Notes under the pieces: model-generated
The model's input: only the letters and a program-made list of their open reading frames with translations
What the model was told of the DNA's origin: nothing
Databases searched by the model: none
DNA from: Amoebidium appalachense
Taxonomy: Eukaryota; Protista; Ichthyosporea
Assembly (NCBI GenBank): GCA_963693365.1
Contig: CAVNZM010000013.1
Span: 7,082,713 to 7,146,712, forward strand
Direction: 5' to 3'
DNA: 64,000 nucleotides
Part shown: in pieces, positions 51,587 to 63,848 of the stretch
How positions within the stretch are numbered: the first letter of the stretch is position 1
Layout of the letters: each line of letters starts with the position of its first letter
Made by a program: the position numbers and the translations under genes

Positions 51587-52129
51587 GGCTAGGGTGTGCG
51601 TGTGTGTGCAGATGAACCAAGGATGACAAATAAGCGAAGAATCTTTTCTGTGGTGGTGGAGTTGTTGGGCGCCTGCAGGGGGGGGGGGGGGGGGGGGGGG
51701 GGGGATGTTGCCTCGAGTCTTTCAAAGCCATCCTTCTTGAACAGAGGCTTGCCATCCGGTCCGGGCGGCACATCCTTGTAGGTGTTTTTGAACTCCACCA
51801 GCCGCGAGACCAGCGTGTATGGGTCGGGAATAACCCGCCGGATGCGCTCCATGAAGTAGCTCAGGTCGCCGCCCTTGAGCTCGGTTTCAATGTCGATGCC
51901 CTTCTGCTCCAGCACCCCCTGTGAGGCAGGATGCCAATATTAATTTACTACGCACACTGCAATTTGGGTTTGGTAGACTTTGATACCTGCCGTTATTGTA
52001 GGACCCCTCCCCTCCACCCCCCCCATCTTCTCCCCCAACACAAGTAAAAAATGCATGTGGCTATTTCCCCCCACAACCCTACATTATTTCTCTCTAGGCA
52101 TATGAATAACCCCCACTCTCCTCCCCCCC

Positions 52130-52179
<50 letters not shown>

Positions 52180-53227
52180 TTGCCCCCCCCTCTCTCTGAG
52201 GCTCAGGCTCTCTCTCTTCCCTCAGAAGTTTTGTCGAAGGTGTGCATGGTTGTGGGTGGAATGGTGAGTGTGTGCTAACGAGTGTATGTGTGTGTGCGCG
52301 TCAGTCACGCATGTTGTTGTTGCCGTTTTTTTTATTTTTATTTTTTATTTTTTATTTTGGGGGGGGGGGGAGGGGGGGGGGGCACCTTCACATGTCCGTA
52401 ATCCTCTTCATTCCACACAAATATTGCCTCGCTGAGTGCGCGTGCGTACTCAGCCCTGCGGGGGTGTGACTTGTACGTGCCGTCCGCCGTGTTTGCAATG
52501 GAGTGGAAGGCGTCATTCAGCACAGTCTGCCACACCACCTCCCCAGGCGGTGCCTGGCCCAACATGCCCTCTCTGGGAGCTGCCTCGGGTCCCCCTGGGG
52601 CTGCCTCAAGGCCCCCCGGGGCTGCCTGGGGGTCCTGGGGGGGTGCCTGTGGGCCGGCAAGGGGTTGCTGCTGCTCGGCAGGGGGAGGACTGGCAGGGGG
52701 AGGGGCTGGGTCAGGGACCACCGGCACCTCGGCACCTGGGTCCGGTGGGGGCTGAATGGGCCGTAGCCACTGCAGGTGCACCATCAGCTCAAAGGGCGGC
52801 GGGCCCAGCTCTCCCAGGGTCTTGCCCTTGTCGGGGCCAAAGGGCACCTGCATGGCCGGCGACAGCACCTGATCCACCCGCACCACTGCATGCTTCTTGC
52901 CCACCTTCATGCCCCCCCAGCGCTCCGGCTGCACAGCCAGCACCACCCCGGTGGCTGCTGCAGCATGTGGGCCCCGCCGGGGCACAATCTCAACCCCTTC
53001 ACCGAGTGCCTTTGCATGAAGCCGCGCTGCATGTCATAGAGGGAAGCAAAAAAACTCAGCCAAAAAGCCACAGCACCAACGTTTTTCTCTTCGCTCCACA
53101 AAAATCAAATGCATATTCCTTAGCAACCCCCTTCCCCCCCCCCCCCCCCCCCCTCTCCCCCCTCCCCCCCCCCCCCTCTCCCAGTGCCCAGCTTGTGTGG
53201 CACTTGCACGTGTTAACAGTGCTATAG

Positions 53228-53258
<31 letters not shown>

Positions 53259-54875
53259 ACCACCACCACCACCACCACCAATCACCCCCTCCTTTGATAG
53301 CCACCCGACACCCAGCATAACACAACTGGAACACTGGCCCATGTGGTCAGCCACCCCCCCCCCCCCCCCCCCCCCCCCCCTCCCCTCCCCCTCCCCTCTC
53401 CTCTGGGGGGCCCACAATCTTTCTATATCTGGCATAAGCACATAAGCACTGGGGCAAAAAGCAGGTGGGATACACACCTGACAGGTTTGGCCTATCGACC
53501 ACGGCCGAGTAGACCTGCAGGGACGCATATGCATCAAGGGCAGCGTAGGTGGCCTGCACCTCTGATAGCGGCTCGTGCCAGTTGGAGCATCGAACAAGTG
53601 CCGGCTTGGGCAGCTTCTTGCCTATGACCTGGGCAGTGATGTCGGCCAAGCCCCGGGCCGCAGAGGTGATAGCTGCACGGGCATAGCAGAACCGGCCCAG
53701 CTCCAGATAGCTGGCCACAGGGGTGCCGTAGTCCTTGTTGAGGTGGGCCGAGTCCGTGCCGATCTGCTTGCCCACCTTGATGATGCTGGGGTCCCTAAGC
53801 AGCGCAATCAGCTCGTCCACCAGCCGCGCGGGCGGGCTGTGGTTGGGGCCCATGCGTGCCAAGTGGAAGATGTACACGGCCCGTGCGGTGGCAATCTGCA
53901 GCGTGCAAACCTTGGACCGCGCCTGGCCCACCCGATAGACCCACTCGCAGTCCAGCCCCACCACGCGGTGCTGCTGCCCCTCCAGGTCGGCACGAATGGC
54001 CGCTGTAGCCACCACCGCCCCCTGGCAGTCGGTGTACACCGGCTTAGGGTAGTTGGCCGGCAGCTCCAGCCCAGGCAGACCGTCCGTCACGCTTACCAGC
54101 GCAGCCTCGTTCAGACGGACGGGGCATTTTGGCCGGGCTAGGGTTGGAAACATGCGCTCAACAAACGCCCGGTCTTGGCAGCACCGATCTGTGTAGAAGA
54201 AGGCCGGGCCCTTGCTGTTGAGCGCCGCCGTGGTGGCAGAGATGCGCTGGATCACGGGCTCAATCTCCTGGTGGCTGCAGTCCCGTGTAAATACCTGCGC
54301 CCGGATCTCTGGGGTGCCGCACTGTGTGAGAGGGCATCTCCGAGCAGCCATGCATGTTCTAGCTTCCCTTACCACATGGCCCTTCACGAGACTTCAGTGC
54401 CCACACAATCCTTTCCCCCTCCCTCCCCCCAAACCCATGTGCCCACATACTTTCCCCTCCCTCTCCCCCCAAAACCCTTCCCCCGCCTTCCCCCCCAAAC
54501 CCATGTGCCCACATACTTTCCCCAGGCCTCCCTTTCCCCCAAAATCTTCCCCCCCCCCCTCCCCCCCTAAACCCATGTACCTACAATCCTTCCCCCTTCC
54601 TCCCCCTAAACCCTTGTGATCACAATCCTTTCCCCCTCTCTGCCTTCCCCCCAAACCCATGTGCCCACGATCCTTCCCCACTCCCCCTCCCCCCAAACCA
54701 TGGGACAGCCCTCCATATGGCACCTACTGTCCCCCCCCCCCCCCCCCCACCCCACCCCGGGCCTCTTGCCCTCTCTACCTTCAACCCCGACGGTGGTGTC
54801 TCTCCCCCCCCCCCCCCCCCCCCCTGCATCCCTTGCAATCACTGGCCCCTACTCCCATTCTGCTTGGCAGAAGCT

Positions 54876-54951
<76 letters not shown>

Positions 54952-55190
54952 ATTCCCCGCCAAAAGAAAGCTCCACCCCAGCCCACCCCAATCTCTACCC
55001 AGCAAAAACACATACACACATATCTGGAGCTTCCTAGTTTTTGCTCGACAGGGCAAGAATTGTCCCCAAAACCCACATACTACAAACCTCTACTCACAGT
55101 GTGCCACCTCATTAAATGTGGAGCCTAAGAGATTTAAAGGCCCTAGAGGGGGGGGGGAGGGGGGGGGGAGGGGGGGGAGGGGGGGCGTGT

Positions 55191-55221
<31 letters not shown>

Positions 55222-55651
55222 GGGGGTGTGGGGGGGGGGGGGGGGAGGGGGAAGGGGGCCTGGGGGAGAGTGGGGGGAGGGGGGAGAAGAGGAGGGACCA
55301 CACACCGCCAAGCTCGTTTACACAAGTCCATAGGCCTCGGTACAGAGGCTCCCCATTGATGCCGGTGAGCTTCCCAATTTGGAAGGTGTGGTCGGCCTTG
55401 AGCACGTTGTTTACGGGCTTGAGCTGCGTGTCCAGGCTCTGGTACTTTGCCGTGCGGTCGCTGAACTCAGTATACACGGCACTCAGGTATTTGCCTGAAC
55501 CCCAAGTACTGTTAGAACTCCACCACCCTCCCATCAGGACCATCCCCCCCATTCCCTCTAGTCCCTCGTGTTCATCTCACCTCTCTGTATTTTCGTAAGT
55601 CTGTATGGCTTTTCCCATCTCAAAAACGCTACACACCCATCTCCGGCCGTT

Positions 55652-55692
<41 letters not shown>

Positions 55693-55877
55693 CCCCGCCT
55701 CCCGGCGCGCGCAAACCCTCCAAGTCATTGCACCAACTTTCACCTTCTTTCCCCTTTGTGCCCCATCTGCAGTTTGTCCCCTGCACGTCCGTTTGCCCTT
55801 CCCCCCCACACCCTCCTGCCACTACTATAATAACCATTAAGTACCGCCACCAAGATCCAGTCTACCACCATGTGCCC

Positions 55878-55913
<36 letters not shown>

Positions 55914-56177
55914 CTCTCCACCTCCTTTCCCCCAACACACACAGACACACATGCGCACACCCACCATCTAATTTCAGGCATAACAGTTCTCCACGATTTC
56001 CCAAGCACACTCACTGGTACATGGACCGTTATGCTTTCACCCCTCTGATGATCCCTCTGCCCCCCTCCCCCCCCCCCCCCCCCCCCCCCCCCACCACCAC
56101 CACCACCACCACCACCATGACTGATTGCCACCACCACCACCTAATCCATCACCATGTCCCCCCTCCCCCCCCCCTCC

Positions 56178-56208
<31 letters not shown>

Positions 56209-57601
56209 ACGGACCCACAAGTACACGCACACTCACAGGCGCACATCCACCACCACACATCCACCACCACCATAATAGAAACTTATTGACCACACTTCCA
56301 AAACCCATTTCCAAGTCCCCCCCCCCCCCTAAAAAAAAAAATAAAAAATAATAAAACAAAACCCTACCAAGCCAACCCAAAAAATGCCCAAGCACGTGCA
56401 TACAAAACAATGGGGACCATTTACACACCCAAAATGCAGTGCACACTTGCCTGAAGGCACATGTCCAGCGTAACCATTTTTGTCACCAAACGCCGAGAAC
56501 TTAGCCGCCTGCTCCTCTGGGGGAAGTTCTGTCAGGCGCTGGTCGTGGGGGCGGAAATCGTTACGCTTTTTGAGTTCATACTTGGTCCAATGCAGCGCCC
56601 TCGAGTAATACAGGAGCCGCTGCTCGTCGTATCGCTGCTTGTGGAGCTCCGAGAGGAGGGTGGCAAAGGCGTTTGGGCCCACACCTTTGTCTGCCAGTGC
56701 ACGCAACAATGTTACCACCTTTAGGTCGAGCCCACTGCGGTGGCTAAGGTAGGCCGGAAACTGATCACGCATGAAGAGTGGAAGGCGTTTAATTGTCTGG
56801 GGGTTTGTGCCGGCAAAGTTTTTTTTGCATGTGTCACAAAAGTACCGGGCCGTGATAATGTAGTAGCAGCTGTCAAAGTCGATAACACGCCGTCCTACGG
56901 GGTTGCTCATGAACCCATTGCGAGAAGTACGGTGTGGGTTGGGGTGGTTGTGGGGGTCCACGTAGTGATCATCGAAGGGGCACGGCACCATGAAACCGGG
57001 AGACAACCTTTCCGGAAGCCAGGCAAAACATCTGGGTTTGTAGAAAGGCGCTGGATCGCCCCCAAATTTAAAGCCTATAATGGGAGGTGGAAGATGCCAC
57101 CCCACAGGCGTCTTCTCATCTTTGAGACTCTCTTTCACTGTGTGCAGGTGCGACTTGATTGTTTCGCCCGCCGCGTCAGAAAACTCCCTCTCCACCGTCA
57201 TCCCCGTCCGTATTATCTTCTCCCTCTTCCTCCCCCTTCATCCTCGTCTACCCGGTACGCATCTGCTGCTGCATTTAGCAAAGGTTCCTCGTCGGGTTGC
57301 ACCTGTATGTCTGGTGGGTGTGGAGCAGGGGCCCGATCCATTTCTCTTGGTAACGAATGGACGCTACCTGCCTCAACTACACGGGCCCTTATGTCGGCGG
57401 CCTTAGATAGAGGGGGCTGTTCGGGTTGTACGTTTACGTTTAGTTCCTGCAAAACAGCTTTGTTTGCCGTCCCAAAACCTGCAAAGTTCGCTAAAGGCTG
57501 AACAAATGCAGCATCTTTTTTTTGCGCCCAGCTCCCTCCCTAGCTCCGCCTGTTTTATGCCCAGGGCGCTGTGTTGTGCCCTTAGGGCAGCCTGGCTTCA
57601 T
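49686..57601 (-). CDS. Spliced DDE transposase (DUF6729/Zisupton-Mutator-like) with inserted DEDDy 3'-5' exonuclease; left copy, complete, with homopolymer frameshifts
   Basis: Exons 57601-56451, 55494-55306, 54308-53478, 53026-52386, 51918-51712 and 51285-49686. Motifs: GGAREGAGRKK; PCP...RRVID...YYIITARYFCDTC; FPAYLSHRSGLD; KADHTF (D1); FYTDRCC (D2); exonuclease GLDCEW / IGTD / YAALDAY; LNDAFH (DxxH); GCLSDPPG; RCIRGTNEVEGAVH (E); FLAQKQ...LPVLTPQERKLF; C-terminal CKTC..C..C; Pro/His-rich tail. Frameshifts at runs near 57520, 57233, 57187 and 50730. Confidence 0.85.
54397..54705. repeat. Degenerate minisatellite (core AAACCCATGTGCCCAC plus C-rich linker) in transposase intron 2; mirrored at ~61285-61593
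   Basis: About 6-7 imperfect copies of the core are visible. Confidence 0.75.
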
Positions 57602-58397
57602 TTTAAACACTTGGGGCCTGGCCCCCTGCCCCCCTAGTGCGACTACGTTACCGCAAACATTCCCGTATTCCAGTGTGCTCGGCAATGCTGCTCATGGCCT
57701 TCCCGGACTGGTTGTGACCAGTAAAGAGCGCGCCAATTCCTGACCGCCGCCTACAGCAGTGTATGATCTGTTATCCATATTCGGCAAAAGGGGTCTTGCC
57801 CAACCAATGGCTTGAATCCTTGTAACTTTGCTTTATCCATATAAGGTTAGCTGAACACCCCCCCTCCAATCATACCCCCCCCTTCTCTCTAGTAGTAGCT
57901 CCTGGCATCCCGCACCCCCCCACAGTCCCTGCAAACCGCCTCGCCCCAACCCCCTCCCCCCCCCCCCCCCCCCCCCTAATAACAGGCACATGCCAATTCA
58001 CGGTTGTCCCATCTCTCCCCAGGTACACCCACTAGCTGTAGGCGGCAGTAATTTCCTTCCATTACCCCATGGGGGGGGGGGGGGTGCGGGATGCCAGGAG
58101 CTACTACTAGAGAGAAGGGGGGGTATGATTGGAGGGGGGGGTGTTCAGCTAACCTTATATGGATAAAGCAAAGTTACAAGGATTCAAGCCATTGGTTGGG
58201 CAAGACCCCTTTTGCCGAATATGGATAACAGATCATACACTGCTGTAGGCGGCGGTCAGGAATTGGCGCGCTCTTTACTGGTCACAACCAGTCCGGGAAG
58301 GCCATGAGCAGCATTGCCGAGCACACTGGAATACGGGAATGTTTGCGGTAACGTAGTCGCACTAGGGGGGCAGGGGGCCAGGCCCCAAGTGTTTAAA

Positions 58398-59788
58398 ATG
58401 AAGCCAGGCTGCCCTAAGGGCACAACACAGCGCCCTGGGCATAAAACAGGCGGAGCTAGGGAGGGAGCTGGGCGCAAAAAAAGATGCTGCATTTGTTCAG
58501 CCTTTAGCGAACTTTGCAGGTTTTGGGACGGCAAACAAAGCTGTTTTGCAGGAACTAAACGTAAACGTACAACCCGAACAGCCCCCTCTATCTAAGGCCG
58601 CCGACATAAGGGCCCGTGTAGTTGAGGCAGGTAGCGTCCATTCGTTACCAAGAGAAATGGATCGGGCCCCTGCTCCACACCCACCAGACATACAGGTGCA
58701 ACCCGACGAGGAACCTTTGCTAAATGCAGCAGCAGATGCGTACCGGGTAGACGAGGATGAAGGGGAGGAAGAGGGAGAAGATAATACGGACGGGGATGAC
58801 GGTGGAGAGGAGTTTTCTGACGCGGCGGGCGAAACAATCAAGTCGCACCTGCACACAGTGAAAGAGAGTCTCAAAGATGAGAAGACGCCTGTGGGGTGGC
58901 ATCTTCCACCTCCCATTATAGGCTTTAAATTTGGGGGCGATCCAGCGCCTTTCTACAAACCCAGATGTTTTGCCTGGCTTCCGGAAAGGTTGTCTCCCGG
59001 TTTCATGGTGCCGTGCCCCTTCGATGATCACTACGTGGACCCCCACAACCACCCCAACCCACACCGTACTTCTCGCAATGGGTTCATGAGCAACCCCGTA
59101 GGACGGCGTGTTATCGACTTTGACAGCTGCTACTACATTATCACGGCCCGGTACTTTTGTGACACATGCAAAAAAAACTTTGCCGGCACAAACCCCCAGA
59201 CAATTAAACGCCTTCCACTCTTCATGCGTGATCAGTTTCCGGCCTACCTTAGCCACCGCAGTGGGCTCGACCTAAAGGTGGTAACATTGTTGCGTGCACT
59301 GGCAGACAAAGGTGTGGGCCCAAACGCCTTTGCCACCCTCCTCTCGGAGCTCCACAAGCAGCGATACGACGAGCAGCGGCTCCTGTATTACTCGAGGGCG
59401 CTGCATTGGACCAAGTATGAACTCAAAAAGCGTAACGATTTCCGCCCCCACGACCAGCGCCTGACAGAACTTCCCCCAGAGGAGCAGGCGGCTAAGTTCT
59501 CGGCGTTTGGTGACAAAAATGGTTACGCTGGACATGTGCCTTCAGGCAAGTGTGCACTGCATTTTGGGTGTGTAAATGGTCCCCATTGTTTTGTATGCAC
59601 GTGCTTGGGCATTTTTTGGGTTGGCTTGGTAGGGTTTTGTTTTATTATTTTTTATTTTTTTTTTAGGGGGGGGGGGGGACTTGGAAATGGGTTTTGGAAG
59701 TGTGGTCAATAAGTTTCTATTATGGTGGTGGTGGATGTGTGGTGGTGGATGTGCGCCTGTGAGTGTGCGTGTACTTGTGGGTCCGTGT

Positions 59789-59819
<31 letters not shown>

Positions 59820-59904
59820 GGGGGGAGGGGGGAGGGGGGACATGGTGATGGATTAGGTGGTGGTGGTGGCAATCAGTCATGGTGGTGGTGGTGGTGGTGG
59901 TGGT

Positions 59905-59935
<31 letters not shown>

Positions 59936-60084
59936 GGGCAGAGGGATCATCAGAGGGGTGAAAGCATAACGGTCCATGTACCAGTGAGTGTGCTTGGGAA
60001 ATCGTGGAGAACTGTTATGCCTGAAATTAGATGGTGGGTGTGCGCATGTGTGTCTGTGTGTGTTGGGGGAAAGGAGGTGGAGAG

Positions 60085-60123
<39 letters not shown>

Positions 60124-60301
60124 TGGTGGTAGACTGGATCTTGGTGGCGGTACTTAATGGTTATTATAGTAGTGGCAGGAGGGTGTGGGGGGAAGGGCAA
60201 ACGGACGTGCAGGGGACAAACTGCAGATGGGGCACAAAGGGGAAAGAAGGTGAAAGTTGGTGCAATGACTTGGAGGGTTTGCGCGCGCCGGGGAGGCGGG
60301 G

Positions 60302-60342
<41 letters not shown>

Positions 60343-61047
60343 AACGGCCGGAGATGGGTGTGTAGCGTTTTTGAGATGGGAAAAGCCATACAGACTTACG
60401 AAAATACAGAGAGGTGAGATGAACACGAGGGACTAGAGGGAATGGGGGGGATGGTCCTGATGGGAGGGTGGTGGAGTTCTAACAGTACTTGGGGTTCAGG
60501 CAAATACCTGAGTGCCGTGTATACTGAGTTCAGCGACCGCACGGCAAAGTACCAGAGCCTGGACACGCAGCTCAAGCCCGTAAACAACGTGCTCAAGGCC
60601 GACCACACCTTCCAAATTGGGAAGCTCACCGGCATCAATGGGGAGCCTCTGTACCGAGGCCTATGGACTTGTGTAAACGAGCTTGGCGGTGTGTGGTCCC
60701 TCCTCTTCTCCCCCCTCCCCCCCCACTCTCCCCCCAGGCCCCCTTCCCCCCCTCCCCCCCCCCCCCCCCACACACGCCCCCACCCCCCCCCCCCCCCACA
60801 CACACACACACACACACCCCCCCCTCCCCCCCCCCCCCCCCCCCTCCCCCCTCTAGGGCCTTTAAATCTCTTAGGCTCCACATTTAATGAGGTGGCACAC
60901 TGTGAGTAGAGGTTTGTAGTATGTGGGTTTTGGGGACAATTCTTGCCCTGTCGAGCAAAAACTAGGAAGCTCCAGATATGTGTGTATGTGTTTTTGCTGG
61001 GTAGAGATTGGGGTGGGCTGGGGTGGAGCTTTCTTTTGGCGGGGAAT

Positions 61048-61083
<36 letters not shown>

Positions 61084-62608
61084 GGGGGGGGGGGGGGGGG
61101 GGGGGGGCAAGCTTCTGCCAAGCAGAATGGGAGTAGGGGCCAGTGATTGCAAGGGATGCAGGGGGGGGGGGGGGGGGGGGGGGAGAGACACCACCGTCGG
61201 GGTTGAAGGTAGAGAGGGCAAGAGGCCCGGGGGTGGGGTGGGGGGGGGGGGGGGGGGGGGGACAGTAGGTGCCATATGGAGGGCTGTCCCATGGTTTGGG
61301 GGGAGGGGGGAGTGGGGAAGGATCGTGGGCACATGGGTTTGGGGGGAAGGCAGAGAGGGGGAAAGGATTGTGATCACAAGGGTTTAGGGGGAGGAAGGGG
61401 GAAGGATTGTAGGTACATGGGTTTAGGGGGGAGGGGGGGGGGGAAGATTTTGGGGGAAAGGGAGGCCTGGGGAAAGTATGTGGGCACATGGGTTTGGGGG
61501 GAAGGAGGGGGAAGGGTTTTGGGGGAGAGGGAGGGGAAAGTATGTGGGCACATGGGTTTGGGGGGAGGGAGGGGGAAAGGATTGTGTGGGCACTGAAGTC
61601 TCGTGAAGGGCCATGTGGTAAGGGAAGCTAGAACATGCATGGCTGCTCGGAGATGCCCTCTCACACAGTGCGGCACCCCAGAGATCCGGGCGCAGGTATT
61701 TACACGGGACTGCAGCCACCAGGAGATTGAGCCCGTGATCCAGCGCATCTCTGCCACCACGGCGGCGCTCAACAGCAAGGGCCCGGCCTTCTTCTACACA
61801 GATCGGTGCTGCCAAGACCGGGCGTTTGTTGAGCGCATGTTTCCAACCCTAGCCCGGCCAAAATGCCCCGTCCGTCTGAACGAGGCTGCGCTGGTAAGCG
61901 TGACGGACGGTCTGCCTGGGCTGGAGCTGCCGGCCAACTACCCTAAGCCGGTGTACACCGACTGCCAGGGGGCGGTGGTGGCTACAGCGGCCATTCGTGC
62001 CGACCTGGAGGGGCAGCAGCACCGCGTGGTGGGGCTGGACTGCGAGTGGGTCTATCGGGTGGGCCAGGCGCGGTCCAAGGTTTGCACGCTGCAGATTGCC
62101 ACCGCACGGGCCGTGTACATCTTCCACTTGGCACGCATGGGCCCCAACCACAGCCCGCCCGCGCGGCTGGTGGACGAGCTGATTGCGCTGCTTAGGGACC
62201 CCAGCATCATCAAGGTGGGCAAGCAGATCGGCACGGACTCGGCCCACCTCAACAAGGACTACGGCACCCCTGTGGCCAGCTATCTGGAGCTGGGCCGGTT
62301 CTGCTATGCCCGTGCAGCTATCACCTCTGCGGCCCGGGGCTTGGCCGACATCACTGCCCAGGTCATAGGCAAGAAGCTGCCCAAGCCGGCACTTGTTCGA
62401 TGCTCCAACTGGCACGAGCCGCTATCAGAGGTGCAGGCCACCTACGCTGCCCTTGATGCATATGCGTCCCTGCAGGTCTACTCGGCCGTGGTCGATAGGC
62501 CAAACCTGTCAGGTGTGTATCCCACCTGCTTTTTGCCCCAGTGCTTATGTGCTTATGCCAGATATAGAAAGATTGTGGGCCCCCCAGAGGGGAGAGGGGA
62601 GGGGGAGG

Positions 62609-62640
<32 letters not shown>

Positions 62641-62734
62641 TGGCTGACCACATGGGCCAGTGTTCCAGTTGTGTTATGCTGGGTGTCGGGTGGCTATCAA
62701 AGGAGGGGGTGATTGGTGGTGGTGGTGGTGGTGG

Positions 62735-62765
<31 letters not shown>

Positions 62766-63606
62766 TATAGCACTGTTAACACGTGCAAGTGCCACACAAG
62801 CTGGGCACTGGGAGAGGGGGGGGGGGAGGGAGAAGGGGGGGGGGGGGGGGGGGGGGGGGGAGGGGGTTGCTAAGGAATATGCATTTGATTTTTGTGGAGC
62901 GAAGAGAAAAACGTTGGTGCTGTGGCTTTTTGGCTGAGTTTTTTGCTTCCCTCTATGACATGCAGCGCGGCTTCATGCAAAGGCACTCGGTGAAGGGGTT
63001 GAGATTGTGCCCCGGCGGGGCCCACATGCTGCAGCAGCCACCGGGGTGGTGCTGGCTGTGCAGCCGGAGCGCTGGGGGGGCATGAAGGTGGGCAAGAAGC
63101 ATGCAGTGGTGCGGGTGGATCAGGTGCTGTCGCCGGCCATGCAGGTGCCCTTTGGCCCCGACAAGGGCAAGACCCTGGGAGAGCTGGGCCCGCCGCCCTT
63201 TGAGCTGATGGTGCACCTGCAGTGGCTACGGCCCATTCAGCCCCCACCGGACCCAGGTGCCGAGGTGCCGGTGGTCCCTGACCCAGCCCCTCCCCCTGCC
63301 AGTCCTCCCCCTGCCGAGCAGCAGCAACCCCTTGCCGGCCCACAGGCACCCCCCCAGGACCCCCAGGCAGCCCCGGGGGGCCTTGAGGCAGCCCCAGGGG
63401 GACCCGAGGCAGCTCCCAGAGAGGGCATGTTGGGCCAGGCACCGCCTGGGGAGGTGGTGTGGCAGACTGTGCTGAATGACGCCTTCCACTCCATTGCAAA
63501 CACGGCGGACGGCACGTACAAGTCACACCCCCGCAGGGCTGAGTACGCACGCTCACTCAGCGAGGCAATATTTGTGTGGAATGAAGAGGATTACGGACAT
63601 GTGAAG
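58398..63606 (+). CDS. Same transposase-exonuclease gene; right copy, truncated by the window end
   Basis: Exons 58398-59545, 60500-60688, 61682-62512 and 62966-63606 mirror the left copy. One frameshift at the A-run 58476-58482. Remaining exons are expected beyond 64000. Confidence 0.85.
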
Positions 63607-63808
63607 GTGCCCCCCCCTCCCCCCCCCCCCAAAATAAAAAATAAAAAATAAAAATAAAAAAAACGGCAACAACAACATGCGTGACTGACGCGCACACACA
63701 CATACACTCGTTAGCACACACTCACCATTCCACCCACAACCATGCACACCTTCGACAAAACTTCTGAGGGAAGAGAGAGAGCCTGAGCCTCAGAGAGAGG
63801 GGGGGCAA

Positions 63809-63848
<40 letters not shown>

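Noticed and set aside
54397-54705. Repeat-spacer-like pattern suggesting a CRISPR array or telomeric repeats
   Set aside because: The repeats are degenerate, the linkers are low-complexity C tracts, the context is a eukaryotic intron and there are no cas genes; it is a minisatellite.
58030-58046. CACTA as an EnSpm/CACTA terminus
   Set aside because: The protein motifs do not match CACTA transposases, and no matching terminus was found downstream of the left copy.
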